From an uncultured cyanobacterium (GTDB lineage Bacteria; Cyanobacteriota; Cyanobacteriia; Cyanobacteriales; Cyanobacteriaceae), in contig CAVVOP010000021.1 in the NCBI GenBank assembly GCA_963749915.1, forward strand, positions 64,001 to 128,000: a stretch of DNA of 64,000 nt, written 5' to 3'. The position numbers and the translations under genes are program-made. The notes beneath the pieces were generated by a model. The model saw only the letters and a program-made list of their open reading frames with translations, searched no databases and was not told the origin of the DNA. Shown here piece after piece: positions 1 through 9,640 of the stretch. Each line of letters begins with the position of its first letter. Position 1 is the first letter of the stretch.

Positions 1-184
1 CGCGTTAATCTTCCGCGAACAATTAGCCGCTACTAAGCTTGGACGCATTTAATTTACATCCTTGGATTGGGCATAAAAAGAGATTGTGGGCTCGTAGCGC
101 TTCGCTCCCACTCTTCAGTAGCGATCGCTCGCTCTCCCCATAGAAAGCACGTGGAATATTTGAACAATATAATTAGCGAAATAA

Positions 185-787
185 CTACGCTAACCTATTG
201 TGAGGAAGGAGTATCCGTGATGCCAATGCGGTTCCATCAGGAGCTAAAGCAGCAAAGCGAGAAATGCGAGTCCCGGCGAGGGGAACTCCTGAGCTCCAAG
301 CAAAGAGCCGCACCAGATTAATGGCCGTAGCTGTCGGAATATGTTGTCAATGAACTTTAGCTAAACCCAAATAACGAGCTTTCCGTAATCCAAAGGCTCT
401 TACCCCCTGTGAGATGGTTCCTTCGATTCCGGCACGACGATTATAGCCTTTTTGCCACTCCTTAGTTTGTTGTTGCTCTCGCCTTCTCTGAAGTGCCGTT
501 TGTTGTGCTTGGGGCAGAAGACGAAGGGTTCTGGGAAAACTGGTGGAACGAACACAATTTTTTCTCTGGCCACAAGCTAAACAATCTTGTTTGCCAAAAC
601 TGACCCTCAGACCCTCATTACCCCAACGGTCGATTCTCAGGTCTCCAGGTGGTGCTCTTTTTTCCTTGTGGACAAATCACTTGCTCTTTTTGCCAGTCCA
701 CCTTAAATTGAGACAGCTCATAAGCCTCCTCTGTTTGAGCTTGCCAAGAGGAATTGGGGCGTACTGGACCATCAAATTATGACCTTC
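185..787 (-). pseudogene. IS1182-family transposase, C-terminal remnant (frameshift and premature stop)
   Basis: Manual minus-strand translation: GPVRPNSSWQAQ..FKVDWQKEQVICPQGKKS, frameshift near 635, then CLACGQRKNC..YNRRAGIEGTISQGVRAFGLRKARYLGLAKVH*(TGA 347-349)QHIPTATAINLVRL..SRFAAL; ends at TAG 185-187. Motifs match recalled IS1182 DDE C-terminus. Confidence 0.8.
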
Positions 788-958
788 GCTAGTATAATTA
801 AAAATAGAGGATTAGTAGCGGTAGGGCATACCGTGAATGAAATTGCTTACGAAGGCGTACTGACGGGGATTAAGCAAGGTAACTTGGTCAATCTAGTTAA
901 GTGCTGATGAGGTAAGAATCCCCCGACATAATCTTTGATTTGTCGGTGGGAGTGTCAA
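788..958 (+). mobile_element. tnpB: IS200/IS605 tnpB 3' remnant plus right end (hairpin, terminal TCAA)
   Basis: Frame ASIIKNRGLVAVGHTVNEIAYEGVLTG..KC* resembles the cyanobacterial TnpB tail; followed by GAATCCCCCGACATAATCTTTGATTTGTCGGTGGGAGTGTCAA, a subterminal hairpin ending in TCAA. Confidence 0.75.
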
Positions 959-1061
959 CACTTAAAGATTTTAATATTTGGGCGAAGGTGAGACTTGGAA
1001 GAGGGGGAAGATTTTTCAACCAAAGAATAGGCTTTTCACTCCCTTGTCTACTTTCCCTCCT

Positions 1062-1112
1062 CTCTTGGTCAGCATTCCCTTGCGACTGTCGTCGTCGCGG
1101 GGTCTGACCGCT
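1062..1112 (-). repeat. 51-nt structured dispersed repeat, copy 1
   Basis: Reverse complement AGCGGTCAGACCCCGCGACGACGACAGTCGCAAGGGAATGCTGACCAAGAG aligns without gaps to the two copies at 34629-34730. Confidence 0.85.
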
Positions 1113-1239
1113 TGTCCTCCTTGTCTTGTCAACACCTAATTATAAAAAAACCTACCCTTGTAAGGCTAACCCTCCTCCTGCGCGGATGCCTTTCAACTCC
1201 TGCCTTCTTTAATTTTTAGCCTTGTTATTCAATTACTTA

Positions 1240-2880
1240 CTATTGGGCATTTTGTCTTTCATAATTAGAAATATTTCCGAGGGTATAAGTAGGAGGTGTT
1301 ACATTTGGTACGGTGCGATTTTCTGTGACTTGATAGTCTCCATAATTCCCTACCGCGTCAATTTTTACTTTTGAGTTACCAGAACTAGAATCCCATGCTT
1401 TAATCCACATAGAACCTCTAAAGTTTCCGTTAGTGTTCCCACCACCATTAACACTACCAGTGGCGGCGGGGGCATGAACAAAAGCTTTTACCGTACCAGT
1501 ACCGTTAAAATGAGCTTGTAAGGTGGGACAATTTGTCCCCACCGTTAATGAACCACAACCATATTTTGTATTGTTGCCAGTAGTGTAAGTATTGCCATAA
1601 ATTTGTAAATTTTTTGATGTATTACTAGCACTAGGGTTAATATCAGGATTACCACTTAGGTTAATATTACCTCTAACATAAAAAATAACTTTTGCGTTAT
1701 CTGCAATAGTTACATTACTACCGCCACTAATATTTAAATTATCGATAAGGTAATGATAGTAGCCATTCGCATCAGGAGTATCTCCGGGGGTAGCAGGAAC
1801 AGCAGGAACAGCAGGGGTTTTTATGCTACCATTCCCTTTATAAGTAGCGGGAATTGCTGGTGTACCAGGTGTCCCGGGTCGGGGGAATGTCATCCCGGCA
1901 ACAGACCCTGTAACGGTATAGAGGTTTGATGTGGGTAACGGAGGTGTATCGGGGATTGGTTCTTTCGAGATAGAAATAGATTGAGTACTTGTATTGTAAA
2001 GGTTACTGTTATCCGGTGCACCTGTTATTTGTGCCAGAGTTTTACAGGTAGGAGAATAAATTTTTATATTTCCATTAACTTTATCATTTGCCCAATCATT
2101 ACCCACTTCAGAAATCCATAGACCCGGTACCTGTTCCGCAGTAGAGAGAATGGTTCCACCACCACCCCCACTGGCCACATTAGCATCAAAGTCCACTTTT
2201 ATTTGTGCTTTTGAAGCGTTGTTTGATCCTACCTGTCCTTGAATAGTTAGACTAGCTTTGCTATTAGCACCTGTCCCACGACTATAACTTACAAGTTTAA
2301 ATTTTCCTTTATCAGGATTATTCGGATCTAATGCAACCCAAGTATTATTGGCATTAATAATATTAGATGGTACTTTGATTGCTCCACCTTGCAATTGGTC
2401 AATGATTTCCTGAGCCTTTTGAGATGTTAAAGATGTGCCAGCAGTGGTTCCAGAGCTAGGACTACAACTATAAGTAGCGGTGCTGGTGGTTCCTGATGTT
2501 CCCGCCGCCGTGTTTGCGGCATTATTTAATACTGTGTCTAGCTGAGTTGGTGCCGTGTTAGCGATAGTCGTCCATTCATTGTGGCTTGATACCATAGCTA
2601 AACGAGGCTCTTTAATAAATAAACTTTGCATTCTTGTCACCCCAGTTTCAGCAACAGCAATCGCTTGTTTAGTCATCTCATCAGACACTACGTTCGTTTT
2701 TAATTGATTTGCTTGAGCGATAGCTAAAGTGCCCGTGCCCAGACCCAATAAACCTATCGCTGTCCCAGTTATAAGGGTTGTACCCGCTTGATTCTGTTTC
2801 TTGATAGAGAGTAATCTATAGACAAAATTTGATTTTAGGGTGTTTTTTTGGTTATTGCTCTGGCGATTGTTGAATAACAT
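1240..2880 (-). CDS. PilX-like / minor pilin-like secreted protein
   Basis: N-terminal QAG^TTL plus hydrophobic helix, then QAIAVAETGVTR (PilX N-terminal type); Gly/Asn/Thr-rich C-terminal domain. Confidence 0.6.
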   Translation of the reverse strand: MLFNNRQSNNQKNTLKSNFVYRLLSIKKQNQAGTTLITGTAIGLLGLGTGTLAIAQANQLKTNVVSDEMTKQAIAVAETGVTRMQSLFIKEPRLAMVSSHNEWTTIANTAPTQLDTVLNNAANTAAGTSGTTSTATYSCSPSSGTTAGTSLTSQKAQEIIDQLQGGAIKVPSNIINANNTWVALDPNNPDKGKFKLVSYSRGTGANSKASLTIQGQVGSNNASKAQIKVDFDANVASGGGGGTILSTAEQVPGLWISEVGNDWANDKVNGNIKIYSPTCKTLAQITGAPDNSNLYNTSTQSISISKEPIPDTPPLPTSNLYTVTGSVAGMTFPRPGTPGTPAIPATYKGNGSIKTPAVPAVPATPGDTPDANGYYHYLIDNLNISGGSNVTIADNAKVIFYVRGNINLSGNPDINPSASNTSKNLQIYGNTYTTGNNTKYGCGSLTVGTNCPTLQAHFNGTGTVKAFVHAPAATGSVNGGGNTNGNFRGSMWIKAWDSSSGNSKVKIDAVGNYGDYQVTENRTVPNVTPPTYTLGNISNYERQNAQ

Positions 2881-3112
2881 GGTAGTGTCCTCTTTTTTAA
2901 TAATAATTGCTTTGTTATAGTTGCTATATCTAGGATGCCTTTTCCAGAAGAAAAAACCAACCGCAGAATCACGGGATTATGTGCATTAGGTTTCTGTAAA
3001 GTTATCGGTATAAATACTTCCCCAGGGTTCTAAGTAAGGGGAAAAATATATGAGGATGATGAAGCGATCGCCATATAATAAATTGAAGGAATAGATTGGT
3101 TAGAAAAGTTAG

Positions 3113-3562
3113 ATGAATTATCAAAAAATCTTGCCGCCTTTTTGGTTTCTCCTCTCGATTATTTTGATGGTAGGATCTAATTGGTTGCTACCCGTCAAAC
3201 AGTTAATTACTCCGCCTTTTAATTATGGGGGGCTAGGGGCGATAGTCGTCGGTATTTTCATGGTTGTCTCTTGTGACCGAATATTTCGGCAAAAAGGGAC
3301 GACCATCAAGCCTTTTGAAGAATCGAGTTCCCTAGTCCAAGAAGGGCTTTTTCATTATAGTCGAAACCCGATTTATTTGGGCATGGTCGTTTTTTTATTC
3401 GGGCTTTGGTTTTTCTTAGGGAGTCTAACCCCTGTGGCGGTAATTCCCTTGTTTATTTGGCTGATTCAGGAAAAGTTTATCAAAGAAGAGGAACAGATGC
3501 TCTCCGACAAATTTGGCGAGGAATATCAGCAATACGAAACCAAAGTAAGGCGCTGGATTTGA
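3113..3562 (+). CDS. Isoprenylcysteine carboxyl methyltransferase (ICMT/PEMT) family membrane protein
   Basis: LVQEGLFHYSRNPIYLG, EEEQML..FGEEYQQY..VRRWI motifs. Confidence 0.85.
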   Translation: MNYQKILPPFWFLLSIILMVGSNWLLPVKQLITPPFNYGGLGAIVVGIFMVVSCDRIFRQKGTTIKPFEESSSLVQEGLFHYSRNPIYLGMVVFLFGLWFFLGSLTPVAVIPLFIWLIQEKFIKEEEQMLSDKFGEEYQQYETKVRRWI

Positions 3563-3660
3563 AACTTTCTTGAGTTAGCTGTAAACTGTCGAACTCGACC
3601 AAGGCATACTAAAGATCTGGACAATGGCTATAACCTATTTGTTTCGGGGTTGTACCCTAG

Positions 3661-4527
3661 CTAAAGAACTTTAATGGCTAGTGCTAATCCTTGGCAAACT
3701 TTAGTTAAGAAATCTAGATTTATGGTATCAATGGTGTCTTTTGCCTTATGGTAATTAGGGTTTCTCAGATTGGCGGTATCAGTTACCATAATAGCATTGT
3801 ATCCGTGATCCCAAAAAGGTGCGTGATCACTTCGGCGTGTTTCCGGCAAAGCATTCCCTCTTAATATCATGGGTAACCACTCACAAGCTACATTGGCTTG
3901 TTTGATACTCTTACTAATCCTGACTAAATCCGGAATAGTTCTGGCATTGCCAATTAGAGCCAGAAAATTTCCGCGGGAGGGGTAAAAATATTTCAAGACC
4001 GGTGGGTAAGACTGAGATCCCCGTTGATTGTCGTAGTAGCCTAGCATTTCTAAGGATAACATGAGCCGAAGCTTCTGTTTTTCCTTACTAAGTAGATGGC
4101 TGTAGGCTTTGCTTCCCAGCAAGCCATATTCCTCTAAATCAAAAGCGACAAGGCGAACGGGAAGTCGAGGTGGTTCCTGAGTGAAAAATTTAGCTAATTC
4201 CAGTAATACTGAAACTCCAGTTGCGTTATCGTCAGCACCAGGAGAACCGGGAACCGTATCATAATGTGCGCCAATCAAAATAGGATAAGCATTCATTAAG
4301 CCTTGATCATCACAGAGATCCAAAATAAGATTTTCATAGATTTTCCCCTTCAGATTAAATGGATGAGTTCTGACCTCGCCGAATTTTGCTAACTCTTGAC
4401 GTATGTACTCCTTGACATAGTAATGACCAGCACTACCTAGATAGGGATCTCTTTCCCTGACAATTTGACACAGATGCTGGTAGAGGCTATTTTTTATTTG
4501 TTGATTGATCTTTATCTGTTGCTTCAT
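3661..4527 (-). CDS. M28 family metallopeptidase
   Basis: IGAHYDTV, GADDNATG, DLEEYGLLGS, RSDHAPF, YH motifs. Confidence 0.9.
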   Translation of the reverse strand: MKQQIKINQQIKNSLYQHLCQIVRERDPYLGSAGHYYVKEYIRQELAKFGEVRTHPFNLKGKIYENLILDLCDDQGLMNAYPILIGAHYDTVPGSPGADDNATGVSVLLELAKFFTQEPPRLPVRLVAFDLEEYGLLGSKAYSHLLSKEKQKLRLMLSLEMLGYYDNQRGSQSYPPVLKYFYPSRGNFLALIGNARTIPDLVRISKSIKQANVACEWLPMILRGNALPETRRSDHAPFWDHGYNAIMVTDTANLRNPNYHKAKDTIDTINLDFLTKVCQGLALAIKVL

Positions 4528-4716
4528 TCTATCACACAGTTGTAGTTAGCTTAGTTTTTGCCTTTTAACTTCTTCTCTTCATTATTGATGAACAAAAATC
4601 AAAAAAGACAAATTGATGATTTCAGGGTTCTCAGGTTAGAAAGAGTTAATAATTCATAATTTTGAATTGGAGCGAAACGACTTGATTTTATATAAAGAGA
4701 GCTGCTAATATTCAAT

Positions 4717-4764
4717 CTTACCTCCCCCACTATCATCTTTGATTTAGTGGAGGTAGAATGTCAA
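4717..4764 (+). mobile_element. Isolated IS200/IS605-type right-end hairpin
   Basis: CCACTA-TCATCTTTGATT-TAGTGG..TGTCAA shares the loop core ATCTTTGATT and the terminal TGTCAA with 915-958, with a compensated stem. Confidence 0.55.
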
Positions 4765-4818
4765 TAAACTGTATTTATTTCAAGGCAGAATAAAAAATTT
4801 AATTAGTTATGAATAATC

Positions 4819-5532
4819 ATGATCCCCTTAACAGACATATTTACCAATAACTCCTTAGATACTAATAAAGTGGTAGAAATTAGAAACTTAGATTTTTATT
4901 ATCGCAATAATTATATTGAAAAACAGACTCTTTTTGATATTAATTTAACCTTAAAAAAAGGAGAAGTGGTCATCATGAAAGGACCTTCTGGTTCAGGAAA
5001 AACTACTTTATTAACCTTAATGGGTGCCTTAAGAAGTGCTAGTTATGGTAGTTTGAAAGTATTTGGCCAGGAATTGGTAAAAGCTAATAATAATTTGTTA
5101 ATTCAAACTAGAAGAAATATTGGTTATATTTTCCAAGCTCATAATTTATTAAAATCTCTCACAGCGAGACAAAATGTACAAATGTCCGTAGAGTTACACC
5201 CAGAATTTTCTCCTAGAGAAGCCAAACAAAAATCAATCGAAATGTTAACGGCGGTTGGGTTGGGTGACAGAATTGATTACTACCCTGACAATCTTTCTGG
5301 TGGACAAAAACAACGAGTTGCCATCGCTCGTGCCTTAGTTTCGCATCCCAAGTTAGTTTTAGCTGATGAACCCACCGCCGCCTTAGATAGTAAATCTGGT
5401 AGGGGTGTGGTGGAAATTATGCAAAAATTAGCCAAGGAGCAAGGTTGTACTATTCTTATTGTCACCCATGACGATCGCATTTTAGATGTAGCAGAACGTA
5501 TCATTGAATTAGAAGACGGATTATTAGTTTAA
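4819..5532 (+). CDS. devA: DevA-family ABC exporter ATP-binding subunit
   Basis: GPSGSGKTT, GYIFQAHNL, LSGGQKQRVAIARAL, LADEPTAALDSKSGR. Confidence 0.85.
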   Translation: MIPLTDIFTNNSLDTNKVVEIRNLDFYYRNNYIEKQTLFDINLTLKKGEVVIMKGPSGSGKTTLLTLMGALRSASYGSLKVFGQELVKANNNLLIQTRRNIGYIFQAHNLLKSLTARQNVQMSVELHPEFSPREAKQKSIEMLTAVGLGDRIDYYPDNLSGGQKQRVAIARALVSHPKLVLADEPTAALDSKSGRGVVEIMQKLAKEQGCTILIVTHDDRILDVAERIIELEDGLLV

Positions 5533-5722
5533 GGATCTATTCCATGAGTACCTTTTTTCAACAGTGGAGAAATCGATTCATTTCCCTAGGCTTTTTCAGT
5601 AACATCCCCCTAAATAAATTCGGTTTTCCACCTAATAGAAGCAGGAAATTTATGACACAATAAGGATGTCAATAAAAGTTAAATACATAAGTCATTAAAT
5701 CGCCCACGAGGAGGTAAAAATT

Positions 5723-6196
5723 ATGTCTTTAGTTCGTTTCTATCCCTTATCAGATATTGATGGTTTGCATCGTCAAATGAATCGACTTTTTGACGAAATA
5801 ACTTCTTGGGACAAAACTAGTAGTAATGTATTACAGCCGTCAGTAGAGCTGTTGGACAATAAAGATAGTTTAACTTTGAGAGTTTTAGTGCCGGGTATTG
5901 AGAAAAAAGATCTCGATATTAGTGTTACCAGTGAAGCAGTGAAAATTAGTGGCGAATACCGTCATCAAGAAGAACAGAAGGATAGTGGTTATTATCTTTC
6001 TGAATTTAATTATGGTAAATTTGAGCGTACTATCAATTTGCCTGTGGCTGTTCGCAATGAAGAAGTCATTGCTGACTATACTGATGGTATTTTAACCCTA
6101 ACTTTGCCGAAAATTGAAGAAGCTAAAAATAAAGTATTTAAAGTTAGCTTGGAGGGGGATAATCAACCCACCTTGGATGCGAAAGCCGATCAGTAA
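5723..6196 (+). CDS. hspA: Small heat-shock protein Hsp20
   Basis: RQMNRLFD, SEFNYGKFERTINLP, ADYTDGILTLTLPK; RBS AGGAGG upstream. Confidence 0.9.
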   Translation: MSLVRFYPLSDIDGLHRQMNRLFDEITSWDKTSSNVLQPSVELLDNKDSLTLRVLVPGIEKKDLDISVTSEAVKISGEYRHQEEQKDSGYYLSEFNYGKFERTINLPVAVRNEEVIADYTDGILTLTLPKIEEAKNKVFKVSLEGDNQPTLDAKADQ

Positions 6197-6243
6197 TCTT
6201 CGGTTTTTATCTGAATTTAACTAATAAATAATTGTAATTTGTG

Positions 6244-6268
6244 CCTGTCCTCGGTGGCAGGTTTTTTT
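6244..6268 (+). terminator. Intrinsic terminator of hspA
   Basis: CCTGTC-CTCGGT-GGCAGG hairpin followed by a T7 run. Confidence 0.7.
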
Positions 6269-6465
6269 ATTATGGTTCTCTCAGACTGGTTGTGATCAAT
6301 TAATTACTACTTTCAATACCTTCGTCAAAAAAAGATCATAAAAAGTACCAGTATTTCTCTCTTCCTTGTCTACTTTCCTTCCTTGTCCCCCAAGTCTCAC
6401 CCTCACCAGAATCTAATTGTAAAAAACCTAACCTGATAAGCCCCTAACCCCTAATACCTAACCTA

Positions 6466-7014
6466 ACTTTTCACGGCATCTTTTTCGGTTGACAGGTGTT
6501 AGGTGTTAGGGGTTGGGTGTTAGGATTAGGGATTGAGGATAAGCTTTAATAGTTGAACAGTCAAAAAAAACACTTAGAAACTGATGGGAATACAATCCTA
6601 TAGAGACTTAAAGGTTTGGCAAACAGGCATGGATTTAGCAGAAGAATGCTACTTAGTTACTCGCAATTTCCCCAAAGAAGAACTTTACGGGTTAATTTCT
6701 CAGATTCGTCGAGCATCAGCCTCTATTCCCGCCAATGTCGCTGAGGGGCATGGTCGAAAAACCCGAAAAGAATATATACAGTTTTTATACATAGCACAAG
6801 GCTCTCTTAAAGAATTAGAAACTCATCTTTTATTGTCGAAAAGGGTAAAGTTAGGAGAGGGGAAAGTCATTGATTCTCTTTTAAATAGATGTGAATCCCT
6901 CGGAAGATTATTATCAGCATTGATTCGTGCCCTCGAAAACAAAAACTGAATTTTCCCTATCACCCAACCCCTAACACCCAAACCCTTTCTCAGGGAAAAG
7001 ATACCGTGAAAAGT
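6466..7014. mobile_element. Inverted-repeat-bounded cassette carrying the four-helix-bundle gene
   Basis: Outer IR 6466-6484/6996-7014 (18 of 19 match); inner perfect 18-bp IR 6502-6519/6961-6978. Confidence 0.55.
6584..6949 (+). CDS. Four helix bundle protein (23S rRNA intervening-sequence protein / Avd-like family)
   Basis: YRDLKVWQ, FPKEELYGLISQIRRASASIPANVAEG, FLYIAQGSLKELETHL. Confidence 0.9.
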   Translation: MGIQSYRDLKVWQTGMDLAEECYLVTRNFPKEELYGLISQIRRASASIPANVAEGHGRKTRKEYIQFLYIAQGSLKELETHLLLSKRVKLGEGKVIDSLLNRCESLGRLLSALIRALENKN

Positions 7015-7098
7015 CAGAATACCTAACACCTTTTATTCAGTATCTATGTACTGGTGCAAGATGTGAGTAGGAGAGGGTTAATTGTTAATTGTTAATAA

Positions 7099-8616
7099 CT
7101 AAAATGAAGCTCTACCATAAAGATAGGTTAAATATTTGAGGTGTTCGCTAATATCGTCAGTTAAAACATCCTCTTCATAGCGCCAACTCCAATTATCTTC
7201 AGTGGTACCCGGGGTGTTCATTTTCGAGTCTGAACCTAACCCTAACAGATCCTGCACAGGGAAAACAGCCAAATTGGCCACTGAGGATAATGCTAAACGA
7301 ATTAAACTCCAGTGGATTCCTTCATTACAAATACCGCCGAGAAAATCTACTACTCTTTGTCTTTCACTAAAGGATCGTTTTTCGAACCATCCCACCGTTG
7401 TATCATTATCGTGAGTACCTGCATAAACAACACAGTTACGATCGGTGTAATTATAAGGTAAAAAACCATTAGCTCGATCAGAGTCGAAGGCAAAATGTAA
7501 AACTTTCATCCCGGGAAATTTATACTTATCTCGTAATTCTTCTACTTCTGGAGTAATAACGCCTAAATCCTCCGCCACAATGGGTAAAACGCCTAACTCT
7601 TGCTCAAGAATGGTAAAAAACTTATCGCCCGGTGCTTCTAGCCATTCCCCATTAATAGCAGTGGTTTCTCCCTCAGGCACAGCCCAATAAGCCTCAAAGC
7701 CTCGAAAATGGTCAATACGCATAATGTCAACATATTCTAACATTCCTTTAATGCGTTGCACCCACCATGCAAAATCGGTTTTTTCTAGCACCTCCCAATC
7801 ATAAACAGGATTACCCCATAACTGACCAGTGGCACTAAAATAATCAGGTGGAACACCAGCCATTAAAGCCGCCGCACCCGTTTTGACATCTAAACAAAAA
7901 ATCTCTTGATTTGCCCACACATCAACACTATCATGGGCGACGTAGATAGGAATATCTCCAAAAATTTTGACGTTTTTCTCGTTGGCATATTCTTTTAAGT
8001 TTCGCCATTGTTTAAAGAAGCTAAACTGTAAAAATTTATGATAGAACATTTCATGACCAAGTTTGATTTGCCATCGGGAAATCGCAGAAGGGTTACGTTT
8101 AGCAATAGATTCATCCCACTGAAACCAAGCACTACCTTGATGATAGTCTTTTAACGCCATGTAGAGAGAAAAATCTTCCAACCAGTAACTATAATCTTCG
8201 CAAAATTGAGCAAATTCTTGTTTATATTCGTCGTCGTCTCGTGCTTGGAATGCTTCAAAAGCTTTACGATATAGGGGATATTTTTCCTTAATGACTAAAT
8301 CAAAGTTGACACGGGATTTTTTTTCTTTCTCAAAAACGGTTTTAACGGTTTCTAAATCTTCTTCTGTTAATAAATCATCACCATAAAGAATATCTGGGCT
8401 AATCATTAAGGGATTTCCGGCTAAAGCAGAATAGGCCAAATAAGGAGAATTTCCCGCACCAGTAGGCCCCAAAGGCAATATCTGCCAAACCTGTTGATCA
8501 CCTTTTTCCAAAAAATCCACGAATCGATAAGCACCATTTCCTAAATCACCAATGCCATAAGCACTAGGTAAGGAGGTTGGATGTAGTAAAATACCACTCA
8601 GTCTGCGATCGAACAT
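7099..8616 (-). CDS. malQ: 4-alpha-glucanotransferase (GH77)
   Basis: GILLHPTSLP, WQILPLGP, GVPPDYFSATGQLWGNP, RIDHFRGF, AEDLG, GTHDNDT. Confidence 0.97.
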   Translation of the reverse strand: MFDRRLSGILLHPTSLPSAYGIGDLGNGAYRFVDFLEKGDQQVWQILPLGPTGAGNSPYLAYSALAGNPLMISPDILYGDDLLTEEDLETVKTVFEKEKKSRVNFDLVIKEKYPLYRKAFEAFQARDDDEYKQEFAQFCEDYSYWLEDFSLYMALKDYHQGSAWFQWDESIAKRNPSAISRWQIKLGHEMFYHKFLQFSFFKQWRNLKEYANEKNVKIFGDIPIYVAHDSVDVWANQEIFCLDVKTGAAALMAGVPPDYFSATGQLWGNPVYDWEVLEKTDFAWWVQRIKGMLEYVDIMRIDHFRGFEAYWAVPEGETTAINGEWLEAPGDKFFTILEQELGVLPIVAEDLGVITPEVEELRDKYKFPGMKVLHFAFDSDRANGFLPYNYTDRNCVVYAGTHDNDTTVGWFEKRSFSERQRVVDFLGGICNEGIHWSLIRLALSSVANLAVFPVQDLLGLGSDSKMNTPGTTEDNWSWRYEEDVLTDDISEHLKYLTYLYGRASF

Positions 8617-8806
8617 AAAAACAGCATCCCCTGAACTTTGATTAATCTTGTAGAGCTAACTAATCTTAGTTCAATCAGAGATCAGAAATTCATAATATTA
8701 AGAAACGTAACAGGTAATAGATAAATATTTGGATGTCCGTTATAACTGGTGAAAAAGAATCATAAGTTACAATGATCATATAGTCTTGAATCTCTATTAT
8801 TAATTT

Positions 8807-9469
8807 ATGACGACGAACTGTAATCCCAATGAATATACTGATGGGCAAATTTCTGCATGGTTAAGGGGTTTACTCACCGTTGCCTATGCCGATGGTCATT
8901 TTGATTCTGAAGAACAAGAATTGATTGCTAGTTTAACTCAAGATGAGCTTATCCCCCATACAGATTTGGGCAATTTGGACACAATTTCCCCTCAAGGGTT
9001 AGCAGAGGCTTTAGGGAATGATATTAACACCAGAGAAAATTTTTTGCGTACTGCTGTGATGATGGCCATTGCAGACGGGGTGTATAGTAAACAAGAGGCG
9101 GATATAGTCCACGAATTTCAGTCGGCTTTGGGGTTAGATTTAGAAGCCTTAAAATCCTTAGAAGCAACCCTTTGGCATCCCGAAGTAGGAACAACAGGAG
9201 AGGAAAAACATCCGGATTTGTTACAACCTGTTAAAAAATGGTTAGATGGTATGGATGTGAATGATCCCAGGGTAGCTCGTTTCTTGTGTAAAATGATACC
9301 CTCAGAATGCCCCTTTGAGCGGGACATAAAATTATTTGGGAAAAAAATTGTCCATATTCCCCCAATGTGTAAACTTAACCCCTTATATGATCAAATGGTA
9401 GGTTTAAGATTTCGCTCTCTTTCCTTTTTAGCGGATGACTGTAAAGAAGACGTTACACCCTACTTATAA
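8807..9469 (+). CDS. TerB-like plus 'Mo-dependent nitrogenase C-terminal' domain protein
   Basis: AYADGHF and AIADGVYS (TerB-like); IPSECPFERD..IPPMCKLNPLYDQ. Confidence 0.85.
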   Translation: MTTNCNPNEYTDGQISAWLRGLLTVAYADGHFDSEEQELIASLTQDELIPHTDLGNLDTISPQGLAEALGNDINTRENFLRTAVMMAIADGVYSKQEADIVHEFQSALGLDLEALKSLEATLWHPEVGTTGEEKHPDLLQPVKKWLDGMDVNDPRVARFLCKMIPSECPFERDIKLFGKKIVHIPPMCKLNPLYDQMVGLRFRSLSFLADDCKEDVTPYL

Positions 9470-9640
9470 TCGATGGTTTACCCATAAGTCCATAAGTCTC
9501 TTAGGCCGCATTGGGAAGAAGTTGAGCTAGTATCTACATTTGCCAAGCCCATCATAACAAAATGTTTCTTTATCCTTATTGTAGAAATAGCTTTTGCGAA
9601 TTGGTATTAAACATAATTTCCGATTAAAGTATGTTTTTAT

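Noticed and set aside
67..782. Plus-strand ORFs 67-321 and 543-782
   Set aside because: They are antisense to the IS1182 pseudogene and show no recognisable motifs.
2920..3020. Possible alternative-sigma (SigF/SigJ-type) promoter and CCG..CGG dyads upstream of the pilin-like gene
   Set aside because: The match to recalled consensus is too weak to support.
6584..6949. Diversity-generating retroelement suggested by the Avd-like gene
   Set aside because: No reverse transcriptase and no TR/VR repeat pair is visible in the window.
8807..9469. Nitrogen fixation suggested by the domain name
   Set aside because: This family is widespread in non-diazotrophs and no nif genes are present here.
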